A DNA stretch of 64,000 nt from Candidatus Latescibacterota bacterium (GTDB lineage: Bacteria > Latescibacterota > CBDEFO01): NCBI GenBank assembly GCA_965237525.1, contig CBDEFO010000008.1, forward strand, positions 1,728,001 to 1,792,000, read 5' to 3'. Positions 19,364-30,079 of this stretch are shown here, piece by piece. Each line of letters starts with the position of its first letter. Position 1 is the stretch's first letter. The notes under the pieces are model-generated. The model saw only the letters and a program-made list of their open reading frames with translations, was not told the DNA's origin and did no database searches. Both the position numbers and the translations under genes were made by a program.

Positions 19364-19465
19364 AGATTGCTTCGGGGTTTCACCCCTCGCAATGACATTG
19401 CTTGACTTTTGTCTTCAGCCATTGCGACCCCCGATTGAATCTATCGGGGGCAGCGAAGCAATCTC
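19364..19465. repeat. Inverted pair of GTCATTGCGA-type REP-like elements with nested 21-bp palindrome
   Basis: AGATTGCTTCGGGGTTTCACCCCTCGCAATGAC (19364-19396) and GCCATTGCGA[CCCCCGATTGAATCTATCGGGGG]CAGCGAAGCAATCTC (19418-19465). Confidence 0.8.
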
Positions 19466-19514
19466 GCAAACAGGAAGAACTTGCATAGTGGAGAACTTTT
19501 TGAGGGGAAAAAAG

Positions 19515-20810
19515 ATGTCTGAAAAGGTAGTATTGGCCTATTCTGGAGGGCTCGATACGTCTGTATCGGTAAAGTGGTTACAGGATAAATACGATATGGA
19601 CGTGATAACTCTGACGGTTGATATGGGTCAAAAGATAGACCTGAACGCAGCAAGGGATAGGGCGTTAGCCGTGGGCGCGATCAAAGCTGTCATAGCAGAT
19701 GCTAAGAAGATGTTCACAGAGCATTTTGTGTTCCCTGCGCTTCAGGCTGGAGCCATATACGAGGGAGAATATCCGTTAGCGACAGCTCTCGGCAGGCCTC
19801 TAATAGCCAAGCTTCTGGTGGATGTAGCAAAAGAGGAGGGAGCCTCAGCTGTGGCTCACGGCTCCACAGGCAAGGGGAACGACCAAGTGAGATTTGACGT
19901 ATCGGTGAACACGCTCGCACCCGATCTCAGGATCATAGCCCCAGTCAGGGAGTGGAAGATGACCAGGGATCAGGAGATAAAGTACGCCAGGGAACATAAT
20001 ATTGCTGTCCCTGTGACAGGCGAGAGCTCCTACAGCACTGACGAGAATCTCTGGGGGAGGAGCATCGAAGCCGGAGTTTTGGAAGACCCGTGGGTAGAGC
20101 CCCCGAAAGACGTCTATGAGTGGACCAAGGACCCCCGCGAAGCTCCTGATGCTCCTATCTATATCCAGGTCGCATTTGAAAGGGGTATACCTGTCTCCCT
20201 GGACGGAGAGAAGAAGAACGGTGTAGACCTAATATCCAGATTGAACGGATTAGCAGGGGAGCACGGAGTGGGAAGGATAGATCATCTGGAGAACAGACTT
20301 GTGGGGATAAAGTCGAGAGAGATCTACGAGGCTCCTGCCGCTGTGGTTCTCCACAGGGCGCATAGGGCCTTAGAGGATATGACGCTCTCAAAGGACGCCG
20401 CACGCTTCAAAGAATTCGTTTCGAAGGAATATTCAGATTTGGTCTACAACGGTCTGTGGTTCTCCGCCCTGCATCAGGACTTGAGAGCATTTGTGGTGAG
20501 CAATCAAAGATATGTGACTGGGGCTGTCAAGTTAAAGCTCTTCAAGGGGAACGTGCAGGTGGTTGGCAGAGAATCCCCGATGTCGCTCTACAGCAGGTCC
20601 CTTGCGACCTACGATACGGGGGACATTTATGATCATGACGCCGCTGTAGGCTTCATCAAGGTGCATGGTCTTTCCCAGGTCACGCAGGCTCAGATTCAAC
20701 TCTTGAGTCAGTCATCACCTCCCGGGGAACTTCCATCTATCACGCCGCCTGAGATTGAGAAAGAAGGTTTCGACGCCACAGATCAGGAGAACCAGATAGG
20801 TAGAAAGTAG
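19515..20810 (+). CDS. argG: Argininosuccinate synthase
   Basis: VVLAYSGGLDTS, HGSTGKGNDQVRF, YSTDENLWGRS, ENRLVGIKSREIYEAP; true start MSEKVVLAY after a GAGGGG RBS. Confidence 0.97.
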   Translation: MSEKVVLAYSGGLDTSVSVKWLQDKYDMDVITLTVDMGQKIDLNAARDRALAVGAIKAVIADAKKMFTEHFVFPALQAGAIYEGEYPLATALGRPLIAKLLVDVAKEEGASAVAHGSTGKGNDQVRFDVSVNTLAPDLRIIAPVREWKMTRDQEIKYAREHNIAVPVTGESSYSTDENLWGRSIEAGVLEDPWVEPPKDVYEWTKDPREAPDAPIYIQVAFERGIPVSLDGEKKNGVDLISRLNGLAGEHGVGRIDHLENRLVGIKSREIYEAPAAVVLHRAHRALEDMTLSKDAARFKEFVSKEYSDLVYNGLWFSALHQDLRAFVVSNQRYVTGAVKLKLFKGNVQVVGRESPMSLYSRSLATYDTGDIYDHDAAVGFIKVHGLSQVTQAQIQLLSQSSPPGELPSITPPEIEKEGFDATDQENQIGRK

Positions 20811-21064
20811 CCCCCGATCCCCAATTGATGCTATTGCGGATCGGGAATCGGGGATTCGATATGGCGTAGACAGGGGCAACGCCTCCCATCCCTTCTTGCC
20901 GTCAACTATTTGATCCCTATAATCTTGTCCAGATTTGAACGAGGAGCTTTGCCTCATCTCTTTCTACGTTGACCTCATAACTTTTTTTGACTTGTGATCC
21001 GGGCCTGCTGATAGATTGTCCGTCTGTGAGCTGCAGTAGCATGAGATTTTTGACCAAGCGCTTG

Positions 21065-21511
21065 TCAGTTATTCAGGAGTCTTTCTTTATCGAATATCAT
21101 CTCCTGTCTGTTCAAGCCTATAGGAGGTCTCTTATTCGTCATCACGATAGCTTCCTCGGGACACGCCTCGATGCAGTATCCGCAGAAGATGCACCTGAGC
21201 ATATCTATTTCAAACTTTGATGGATATTTTTCTCTATCCTCCCAGGGAGCGGGCTCAGCTTCTATAGTTATACAGTGAGCGGGACACGCCGTAGCGCACA
21301 TATAGCACGCCACGCACTTTTCCCTTCCTTGCTTATCCCTTGTAAGTTTATGAATGCCCCTGAAGCGTGGAGGCGGTGTAAGCACCTCCTCGGGATACTG
21401 CAGAGTGAACTTTCTACCCAGAAGATGCCTGAAGGTCAAGGTCAGACCCTTTAGTATCGTGGGAAGATAGAGCCTGTCCCATAGGCTCATCGTGTAGCTC
21501 TTTCTCATCAT
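21065..21511 (-). CDS. nuoI: NADH-quinone oxidoreductase subunit I (2x[4Fe-4S])
   Basis: T.QYPEE, RFRGIH, CVACYMCATACP and CIFCGYCIEACP motifs. Confidence 0.9.
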   Translation of the reverse strand: MMRKSYTMSLWDRLYLPTILKGLTLTFRHLLGRKFTLQYPEEVLTPPPRFRGIHKLTRDKQGREKCVACYMCATACPAHCITIEAEPAPWEDREKYPSKFEIDMLRCIFCGYCIEACPEEAIVMTNKRPPIGLNRQEMIFDKERLLNN

Positions 21512-23117
21512 CTATCTCCTCGTCTTGATAAGGTGACATGTCGAAAGCATAAGATCTTCCAGTGTACCGCGAAGTCTTGGTCTGCCTTATCACATTTACC
21601 TTTACCTCACCGGAATACGTCATCTCAGAGCGGATCTTCCCTGCGATCTCCGAGGCTAGAGTCCAGGTCTGTTGATCGCCTATTTTCTTCGGGGTAACCA
21701 GGACTCTTATTTCACGACCGGCGTTTATGGCGTAAGCGTCTCGAACGCCGGGGAATGTACGTGCTAACGCCTCTAAATCCTTTATCCTTTTTATGTATTT
21801 TTCGGGATCTTCCATGCGTGCTCCCGGCCTTGCCGCAGAAATAGCGTCTGCTGCAGCGATCAAAAACGCTATGGGAGAGGGTGAATCTACGCCCGCCTCT
21901 TCGTGGTGATACACTATAGCGTCCTGCACCTCTTTTGGCTCACCGTACCTCTTAGCTAGTGAGAGACCTATCTCCACGTGCGTCCCCTCCATCTCGTGAT
22001 CGACAGCCTTGCCTATGTCGTGAAAGAGTCCAGCTCTTCTGGCTATGTTGCCATCTAAACCCAACTCTGAGGCCATGACCCCTGCCAGCAGAGCCGCCTC
22101 TTTGGAGTGTTCAAGGACGCTCTGACCATAACTTGTCCTGAATTTCAACTTCCCCAAGAGGCTCGCTATCTCAGGATGAACGCCTTGAATATTCAATTCC
22201 TCAAGTACTTTTGTACCTTCATCAACGACTATCTTGCTCACATCTTCTAACGCGCTTTTGACCACATCACCAACCCTTTTGGGATTTATCTTCCCTTCGA
22301 CTACCAGCCTCTGCATAGCGATTTTTGCCGCCTCTCGCTTGATCGGATCGAACGAGGACAAAACTATTGCCTCAGGCGTGTCGTTCACGATGACCTTGAC
22401 TCCTGTGGCAGTCTCAAAGGCTCGTATGTTCCTCCCCTCTCTCCCTACGATTCTCCCCTTTATTCTATCGCTCGGCAAAGAGACTACAGATACACTCAAC
22501 TGAGTTGCTTGCTCGGAGGCGCATCGCTCTATAGCCAGCGCTATTATCTTTTTTGCCTCCCTTTCGGCTCTATCGTGGGCCCTTCCCACTATTTCCCTCT
22601 CGACTTCCGCAACCTGGAGTTCCGCTTTGCTTTTCAACTCCTCTAAAAGTGCCCGTTTTGCCTCTTCCACGCTCAACATGGATGTCTTTTCTAACTTAAG
22701 CTCGTACTCAAACATCGCCTTAGCGAGTTGCTCGCCCTTTTCCTCTAAAACTGCTTCCTTGGATTTAATTTCTTTCATCTTCCTTTTGACGGCACTTTCC
22801 CTGTTGCCCAACAGAGTGGATTTCTCATCTAAGGCCCCCTCTTTTTCTATCAGCGCACTTTCGGTGCTGGTCAACTCTAAACTTTTTGCCTCGATATTCT
22901 CTTCAAGTTCGGTTCTTTCTTTGTACCACTCTTTCTTCTCCTCTAAGAACTGAGATCTCCTTTTCCTGTCCATCTCTTCGATCAACTTAGTGGCATTTCT
23001 TTGAGCAGCTCTTTCAGTTTTGTTCAGTGCCTTGGCTTTGGTCTTTGCGCACAGGATCCAACCTGCAAAGAAGAATAGAAGGGCCCCGGCGAAGGCACCT
23101 AAAAGTCCCAGCAACAT
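21414..23117 (-). CDS. rny: Ribonuclease Y
   Basis: N-terminal TM, coiled coil, KH domain (KGRIVGREGRNIR), HD domain (FRTSYGQ...HDIGK, ADAISAARPGAR). Confidence 0.95.
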   Translation of the reverse strand: MLLGLLGAFAGALLFFFAGWILCAKTKAKALNKTERAAQRNATKLIEEMDRKRRSQFLEEKKEWYKERTELEENIEAKSLELTSTESALIEKEGALDEKSTLLGNRESAVKRKMKEIKSKEAVLEEKGEQLAKAMFEYELKLEKTSMLSVEEAKRALLEELKSKAELQVAEVEREIVGRAHDRAEREAKKIIALAIERCASEQATQLSVSVVSLPSDRIKGRIVGREGRNIRAFETATGVKVIVNDTPEAIVLSSFDPIKREAAKIAMQRLVVEGKINPKRVGDVVKSALEDVSKIVVDEGTKVLEELNIQGVHPEIASLLGKLKFRTSYGQSVLEHSKEAALLAGVMASELGLDGNIARRAGLFHDIGKAVDHEMEGTHVEIGLSLAKRYGEPKEVQDAIVYHHEEAGVDSPSPIAFLIAAADAISAARPGARMEDPEKYIKRIKDLEALARTFPGVRDAYAINAGREIRVLVTPKKIGDQQTWTLASEIAGKIRSEMTYSGEVKVNVIRQTKTSRYTGRSYAFDMSPYQDEEIDDEKELHDEPMGQALSSHDTKGSDLDLQASSG

Positions 23118-23272
23118 AGGAATCTCCCGCGTTTCATATTCTGTACACCAAAAAGTCTATTTTCAAAAAAGTTTCTCCCCAAAAGAGTTCCTTCGATTCT
23201 TTTTCGAGTTCATCTTCCAGTAGTGGGTGTTCCACTTAAATGTCTCTTGGAGATGACAACTGATACCTCTAA

Positions 23273-23319
23273 ACGAAGTACCTTAGTCTACGAAGTACCT
23301 TAGTCTACGAAGTACCTTA
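23273..23319. repeat. 17-bp tandem repeat (~2.8 copies) spanning the ahbAB stop codon
   Basis: ACGAAGTACCTTAGTCT at 23273 and 23290, partial copy at 23307. Confidence 0.85.
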
Positions 23320-24316
23320 CTCTGTCTTTCTTATACTCCTTGGTGCTGAAGAGAATATCGTAACGGGTAATTCCCGTCCGATTTGAGATCTCTTCAGCTG
23401 TTTGTTTACACTGATCCACCTTCTTTGCATGGATCATAGTAAAGAGATTATACGGCCAATCAGGATATGTGGGACGCTGGTAACAGTGGCTTATCTGGGG
23501 GAAGGACATGGTTTCCTTTACCAGCTGTTCGATCTTGTCTTCAGGGGCTACCCATACTGCCATGCCATTTGCCGAAAATCCCGCCTTTCTGTGTCTCAGG
23601 ATGCCGCTGAAGCGGCGCATAAATCCTCTCTCAATCAACTCTTTTGCTTTATCTATTATTCCCGTTTGAGTTGTTCCTAACCTTTTAGCCATTCCTACAA
23701 ACGGAAACTCCGCTATCTCCAGGTCCTTTTGAAGCTCTCTTATCGACTCCTTGTCCTGTTGGGTGATGGAATCGGGGCTATCCGGTTTACGAGCTTCCAG
23801 AGAATCCGGGTTGTCCTTTTCCTGAGGCTTTGAATCTCCATTATCCGTCATATCTAACTTCACACTGATCTTAAAGAGCCTCAGGTTTTTCAATATGATA
23901 TACTTTTCCACACCGTCTTCCTTTGCCGCTTCCTCTACATCGCGCTCAAGGCTCCCATCGGGTGGGACAGCTATCGTAAACCACAGATTATAAGCGTGAT
24001 TCCGCTTGTAGTTGTGGCTGACCCCGGGATGCCTGTTCAAGACCTGTGCGACATCGGCTATCTTGTTCGGATCGATCCTCATCGCCACCAGGGAACTTTT
24101 GTATCCAAGAGCCCTTGTATCAAAGATGGCGCTGATCTGGCGGACTATCCCACCATCCTTTTTGAGATCCAGGATTCGATTTATTGCCTCATCTTCAGAG
24201 ATACCCACTTTACCTCCAACGGCCTCAAACGGCCTTACTACAAGTGGGAAATCCCACTGCATAACGTTCAAAATCTTCTTGTCGATCCCATCGAGTTCTC
24301 TTACGAGCTTCGCCAC
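23300..24316 (-). CDS. Fused AhbA-AhbB / NirDL-like siroheme decarboxylase (two Lrp/AsnC-like halves)
   Basis: First half: Q.DFPL..RPF, GVSHNY.R.H.YNLWFT. Second half: RRFSGILRHRKAGF.ANGM.VW, SHCYQRP.YPDWPYNLFTMIH. Confidence 0.85.
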   Translation of the reverse strand: MAKLVRELDGIDKKILNVMQWDFPLVVRPFEAVGGKVGISEDEAINRILDLKKDGGIVRQISAIFDTRALGYKSSLVAMRIDPNKIADVAQVLNRHPGVSHNYKRNHAYNLWFTIAVPPDGSLERDVEEAAKEDGVEKYIILKNLRLFKISVKLDMTDNGDSKPQEKDNPDSLEARKPDSPDSITQQDKESIRELQKDLEIAEFPFVGMAKRLGTTQTGIIDKAKELIERGFMRRFSGILRHRKAGFSANGMAVWVAPEDKIEQLVKETMSFPQISHCYQRPTYPDWPYNLFTMIHAKKVDQCKQTAEEISNRTGITRYDILFSTKEYKKDRVRYFVD

Positions 24317-24355
24317 AGTTGGATCTCCGTCCTTTCTTGCTTTTCGAGGGCGCTG

Positions 24356-25741
<1,386 letters not shown>

Positions 25742-25841
25742 CTACCTCCGCATTTTAAAATAACGCCGCCAAGCTCGCAAAGGTCAACATCCTATCTGAC
25801 CCGAACTCACCGCTCATTGCTTGCTTATCCCAAGAATTTGG

Positions 25842-25870
25842 TTGACACTTAACAGCTTATGTTCTATATT
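25842..25870 (+). promoter_or_regulatory. Putative sigma70 promoter
   Basis: TTGACA-17nt-TATATT upstream of the 25944 gene. Confidence 0.55.
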
Positions 25871-25943
25871 TCAAATCCCTCAAGGTTTTTCAAAGCAGAA
25901 TATCCGCTGTAAATAGACTATCTGATTGACAGGAGAACCACAA

Positions 25944-26780
25944 ATGAGTAGCAGTGTCTTTTTCCTCGTATTTAGCCAGCTTTCCATAGGTGGGGCGGTG
26001 GTACTTACGATCGTTCCCGCCTATGTGTGGAGAGGGTTTTTCAGAGCTGTAGGCTTTTTGCTTTTGATAGTATCGACATTAAGCCTATTGACCGCCCAAT
26101 CGCCATTTGAAGAAAGCGGAATAACCTTCTCGTCAATGACCAAACTTGTATCAGATTGGAGCGGGCGGCAATATCTTTTCTTTCTCCTGTTCTCTATTCT
26201 TTTTCTAGTGTATAATGTGGCCTTACAGCTTCAAAAAGAGCAATTGATGAGATATTCTATACGGCTCTGTGCTCTGATGGGCAGCTGTGCGCTATTTAGC
26301 AAAGCCATGTCGTATCTAACACCTTCAACGCTCTTGTGGGAAAGCATTGTCATCCCGGCTAACTTTTTCCTCTCCTCTCTGTCTTTAGGTTTAGTTCTGG
26401 ATGCCATGATACTGGGACACTGGTACTTGGTCGAGCCTAAATTCACACTTGTTCCTTTAAGACGCTTAAGCAGACTTCTGCTTATCTGTCTTGGGATACA
26501 GAGTATTTTATTTATATCCAATCTTATCCTTCGGTCTGAGGCAGCCGAAAGCATGCTTTCTCCTTTAAGTTTCTCTGGAATATGTTTTTGGGGCAGGATA
26601 GGCGTCGGGATAGTCGGAACTCTGCTGATAATGGCCGCCACACTTTACACGCTTAGAGATCCTGCCCATCGCTCTGCTACGCAGGCTGCCACAGGGCTGC
26701 TCTACGTTGCAGTTCTCTTTGTTCTTGTGGGCGAGCTCTTTTCGAAATTCTTCTTCCTTACCACCTCCGTTGCACTTTAG
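25944..26780 (+). CDS. Polytopic membrane protein of unknown function (LGHWYL motif)
   Basis: About 8 hydrophobic segments; AMILGHWYLV and SATQAATGLLY motifs; AGGAG RBS. Confidence 0.7.
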   Translation: MSSSVFFLVFSQLSIGGAVVLTIVPAYVWRGFFRAVGFLLLIVSTLSLLTAQSPFEESGITFSSMTKLVSDWSGRQYLFFLLFSILFLVYNVALQLQKEQLMRYSIRLCALMGSCALFSKAMSYLTPSTLLWESIVIPANFFLSSLSLGLVLDAMILGHWYLVEPKFTLVPLRRLSRLLLICLGIQSILFISNLILRSEAAESMLSPLSFSGICFWGRIGVGIVGTLLIMAATLYTLRDPAHRSATQAATGLLYVAVLFVLVGELFSKFFFLTTSVAL

Positions 26781-28207
26781 ACTGCAGCGGGAGGTCTTAG
26801 AGATTGGAGTTCCATTCCGCACGTTTTAGAGGTCGGAAATACCTTGCCGGGATTGCACAGGCCATCGGGGTTGAAGGCGGCCTTTAACTCCTTCATAACC
26901 TCCATGTCCGCATCGCTGAAGATCAGTGGCATATAGCTTACTTTTTCTATTCCGATGCCGTGCTCACCTGTGATCGTCCCTCCGACATCTACGCACACCT
27001 TTAGAATCTCCCCACCTGCCTTCAGAACACTTTGTACCTCCTCTTCATCCCTCTCGTCAAAGAGGATAATAGGATGCAAATTGCCGTCTCCTGCGTGGAA
27101 CACGTTAGCGATTCTCAAAGAGTACTTTTGGGCTATCCTTGCTACCTCTTGAAGGACCTCTGGAAGTTTTGTCCTTGGGACTACTCCGTCCTGGGTGCAG
27201 TAGCTGGGGCTTAGGCGACCCACAGCGCCGAACGCTCCCTTTCTGCTCTTCCACAAAAGTTGTCTTTCCACTTCGTCCTTTTCCACCTGGATCTTGGAGG
27301 CGTTGTTCTCGTTGAAGATCTGGATGACTCTCTCTTTAAGAGTGTCTATGCCCGTCTCCAGACCGTCAAGCTCCACTATTAAGGCCGCCTTTGCGCCTTC
27401 GGGAAAGCCGAAGTGATACGCGGCCTCCACAGCTTCGATGATAAGTTCATCCATCATCTCTAAAGCCGCAGGTAGGATGCCTCTGCCTATAATCCCCGAC
27501 ACAGCGTTGCTTGCGTCGTCTACACTGTCGAAGATCGCCAGCAAAGTCCTGAAAACTTCGGGTCTTCTTGAAAGCCGTACGATTGCCTCAGTCACGATGC
27601 CGAACGTCCCCTCAGACCCTACAATCACGCCTGTAAGATCGTATCCCGGACTGTCGACTGCCCTCCCGCCTAAATGGACTATCTTTCCATCTGGCAGGAC
27701 CATTTCAACTCCTAACACGTGATTTGTGGTCACACCGTACTTTAGAGTGTGTGGTCCTCCCGAATTTTCAGCTATGTTACCTCCGATGGTGCACGCCTGC
27801 TGACTGGAGGGGTCGGGAGCATAAAGATAACCCCTATCTTGCACCTCTTCTGTAACCCATAGATTCACAACCCCTGCCTCGACAACCGCGATCTTATTTT
27901 CCAGGTCCACCTCTAAAATTCTATCCATCCTGTTAAGGGCTATCATGATCCCGCCATCTACGGGGAGGCATCCTCCGCTTAGGCCTGTCCCTGCACCTCT
28001 TGGGATAAACGGGACTTCCTCTCTGTTTGCATACTTTACAATCTTTGATACCTGTTCTGTGTTCTGAGGAAAGACCACGACGTCCGGCAACGACTTCTCT
28101 ATAGTGTATCCGTCGCACTCATAGACGGCCAGTTCGTCCTCCTGGTGGACCAGGTTCCCTGCTCCTACTATCTTTTCAAGTTCCTTTACAAGCTTCTGTT
28201 TATCCAA
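26777..28207 (-). CDS. glcD: FAD-linked oxidase, glycolate oxidase subunit GlcD family
   Basis: RGAGTGLSGG, YAPDPSSQ.ACTIGGN.AENSGG, GSEGTFG, HAGDGNLHP, GEHGIG motifs. Confidence 0.88.
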   Translation of the reverse strand: MDKQKLVKELEKIVGAGNLVHQEDELAVYECDGYTIEKSLPDVVVFPQNTEQVSKIVKYANREEVPFIPRGAGTGLSGGCLPVDGGIMIALNRMDRILEVDLENKIAVVEAGVVNLWVTEEVQDRGYLYAPDPSSQQACTIGGNIAENSGGPHTLKYGVTTNHVLGVEMVLPDGKIVHLGGRAVDSPGYDLTGVIVGSEGTFGIVTEAIVRLSRRPEVFRTLLAIFDSVDDASNAVSGIIGRGILPAALEMMDELIIEAVEAAYHFGFPEGAKAALIVELDGLETGIDTLKERVIQIFNENNASKIQVEKDEVERQLLWKSRKGAFGAVGRLSPSYCTQDGVVPRTKLPEVLQEVARIAQKYSLRIANVFHAGDGNLHPIILFDERDEEEVQSVLKAGGEILKVCVDVGGTITGEHGIGIEKVSYMPLIFSDADMEVMKELKAAFNPDGLCNPGKVFPTSKTCGMELQSLRPPAAV

Positions 28208-28425
28208 AGAAGATCATCCGATTGGTACAGCGGTGCAGGTCATGCCTGCCATATTTCCTTCTAAATTGATGTTGAATGCAGTCTTCTCCACTGCAGCCGA
28301 GTTTTCGTTACTATAGATCGGCCCGATGCGAAGAAGAAGGGCAGGGGCTGCGACTGAAAATGTGTCTATCAAGTTCATCTGCATCATCTGCTTACGAGGA
28401 AATATGTTTCTGACCTTTGTCTGGG

Positions 28426-29406
28426 TTATCTCCTTACCGACGGGAGATCTTTGAAGTAGAAGCGAGTCTCCACCCACTTATGCGCACGACCGTCTATCTC
28501 TACATAGGGATAGATAAAATAGTTGATCGGTTCTCCTTCAGGTGGAGGGGTGAGCACGATATCGCGGCCCACCGAAAGCTGCACCCGATTCTCGTCGTGT
28601 GCTCCGAAATAGTAGTCGAATAACTCCGGGTGCTTGCTGGCCTCCGAACTGTCCACCGGCCACCAACCGAGCTCCGTCAGGTGGAGCGCGGCCCAGCAGT
28701 GGTAGCCTGAGATCGCTCCGCTGCCCCGCGCATGAGGTAGTGGGAAGCCGATCTCGAACTGGGAAGGGATGCCCACAGCGCGGGCCATACCGATCAACAG
28801 GGCATGAAAGTCAGTGCAATTCCCCCGGCGCACCGTGCACGCGTAGAGGGCGTCACCCTGTCCCCATCCCTCTCCACTCTTATCGTAAGTGACATTCCGA
28901 CTCACAAAGTCGTAGATCGCCCGGGCATTCTGAAGGTCGGTCGTCGCCTCAACGGTTACGCCAGCAGCCAGTCGGGCGACCACACCGTCGATCGGCACCA
29001 GCCGGTTTGGAGAGAGAAACTGCTCCAGGTGGGCTGTTGCCACGCCGTCCGACCCTTCTGGGCGGCGTTCCTTTCGAAGAACCGTAAACTGCATCCGGAC
29101 CGAAACTTTCTGCTGCCGGGGAGGCTGGGCACGCAGGTAAAGAATAGCGTTGCCGTAGTCCAGATCGCGGGTTACCCGAGTCGCGTAATCGGCCTCTACC
29201 TTCACCTCTCCGATGTTCTGATATGGGTCGGACTCCGGATAGGGCAGCCAGACCTCTACCCGCCTTGCGCCCTCCGGGATGTTCCGCACTTCTGCCTCGT
29301 ACGTGAACTCAAAAAAGCGTTGCCGCGGCTCTTCCATGGCGGCAGATGCCGACGCCGCAGCGGCCAGGAGGCCGCAGAAGATCAGGCTCTTTTTCGTCGA
29401 ACTCAC
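28426..29406 (-). CDS. Secreted transglutaminase-like domain protein
   Basis: Signal peptide; catalytic triad motifs GNCTDFH, YHCWA, WWPVD; higher GC than neighbours. Confidence 0.85.
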   Translation of the reverse strand: MSSTKKSLIFCGLLAAAASASAAMEEPRQRFFEFTYEAEVRNIPEGARRVEVWLPYPESDPYQNIGEVKVEADYATRVTRDLDYGNAILYLRAQPPRQQKVSVRMQFTVLRKERRPEGSDGVATAHLEQFLSPNRLVPIDGVVARLAAGVTVEATTDLQNARAIYDFVSRNVTYDKSGEGWGQGDALYACTVRRGNCTDFHALLIGMARAVGIPSQFEIGFPLPHARGSGAISGYHCWAALHLTELGWWPVDSSEASKHPELFDYYFGAHDENRVQLSVGRDIVLTPPPEGEPINYFIYPYVEIDGRAHKWVETRFYFKDLPSVRR

Positions 29407-29581
29407 ATTATGCTCTCCGGAGTTTCCTTCAGGAAACGTGTGGAAATCGACTCCTCCCGCGCGGAATTAGCAAGTTGCAACGGCTTTGAAGCCCCTGGAG
29501 GCCACCATCAAGAAGAAGCGCGCAGACACGGAGCATAAGAGGGCGGCGCAAAGCAGAGCCCACGTTTTACCGCTCTCAGCT

Positions 29582-30079
29582 TTACTGGCGTTTCCAGACA
29601 CCCTGCTCTTCTTTCCACGTGTAACGGGCGATTCCACCCACTTTGTGGATCGTGATCTCGTTCACCTGCAGGCCGGATTCGGACTTGCGCATAAAGAAAT
29701 CCAGATCGTAAAGACGATTCTCAGGCGTCTTGAAATCTGCGCAGGCAAAATAGAGATCCTTGCCCACCTTGGCAAGGCGGTCATCGTGAACGCGGTCCAG
29801 AGTCAGTGTGAGGGCCTTCCGGTCCTGTCGGTCATAGATTAGAAAAAACCCCCCCTTCAGCGCGGCGTCCCCTTTAAGGTAGTCTGAAATGTCCCGGGCC
29901 AGGGTCTCTCTTGTCACCATGGGCTCTTGTTCTTCAGGGTGTTCCTGGGTATGCTCTTCAGCGTGTTCTTGGGGATGTTCCTCAGGGTGTTCCCCCGCCA
30001 TCAGAGCGGAACCCGTAACCAGAACTGCTATTGTCACCAGGACAATGCACATGGCCCGTAACTGTGTCAACCTAGTCAT
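29582..30079 (-). CDS. Hypothetical secreted protein with N-terminal EHP/EH repeats
   Basis: Signal peptide, then GEHPEEHPQEHAEEHTQEHPEE; YFACADF motif; GGAGG RBS. Confidence 0.7.
   Translation of the reverse strand: MTRLTQLRAMCIVLVTIAVLVTGSALMAGEHPEEHPQEHAEEHTQEHPEEQEPMVTRETLARDISDYLKGDAALKGGFFLIYDRQDRKALTLTLDRVHDDRLAKVGKDLYFACADFKTPENRLYDLDFFMRKSESGLQVNEITIHKVGGIARYTWKEEQGVWKRQ

Noticed and set aside
19392..19514. N-terminal extension of ArgG containing PPIESIGG
   Set aside because: The extension merely reads through an intergenic REP; the conserved start with RBS is at 19515, so this palindrome copy is counted as non-coding.
23273..23319. Possible mini CRISPR array
   Set aside because: The 17-bp units are directly adjacent with no spacers and no cas genes; it is a simple tandem duplication.
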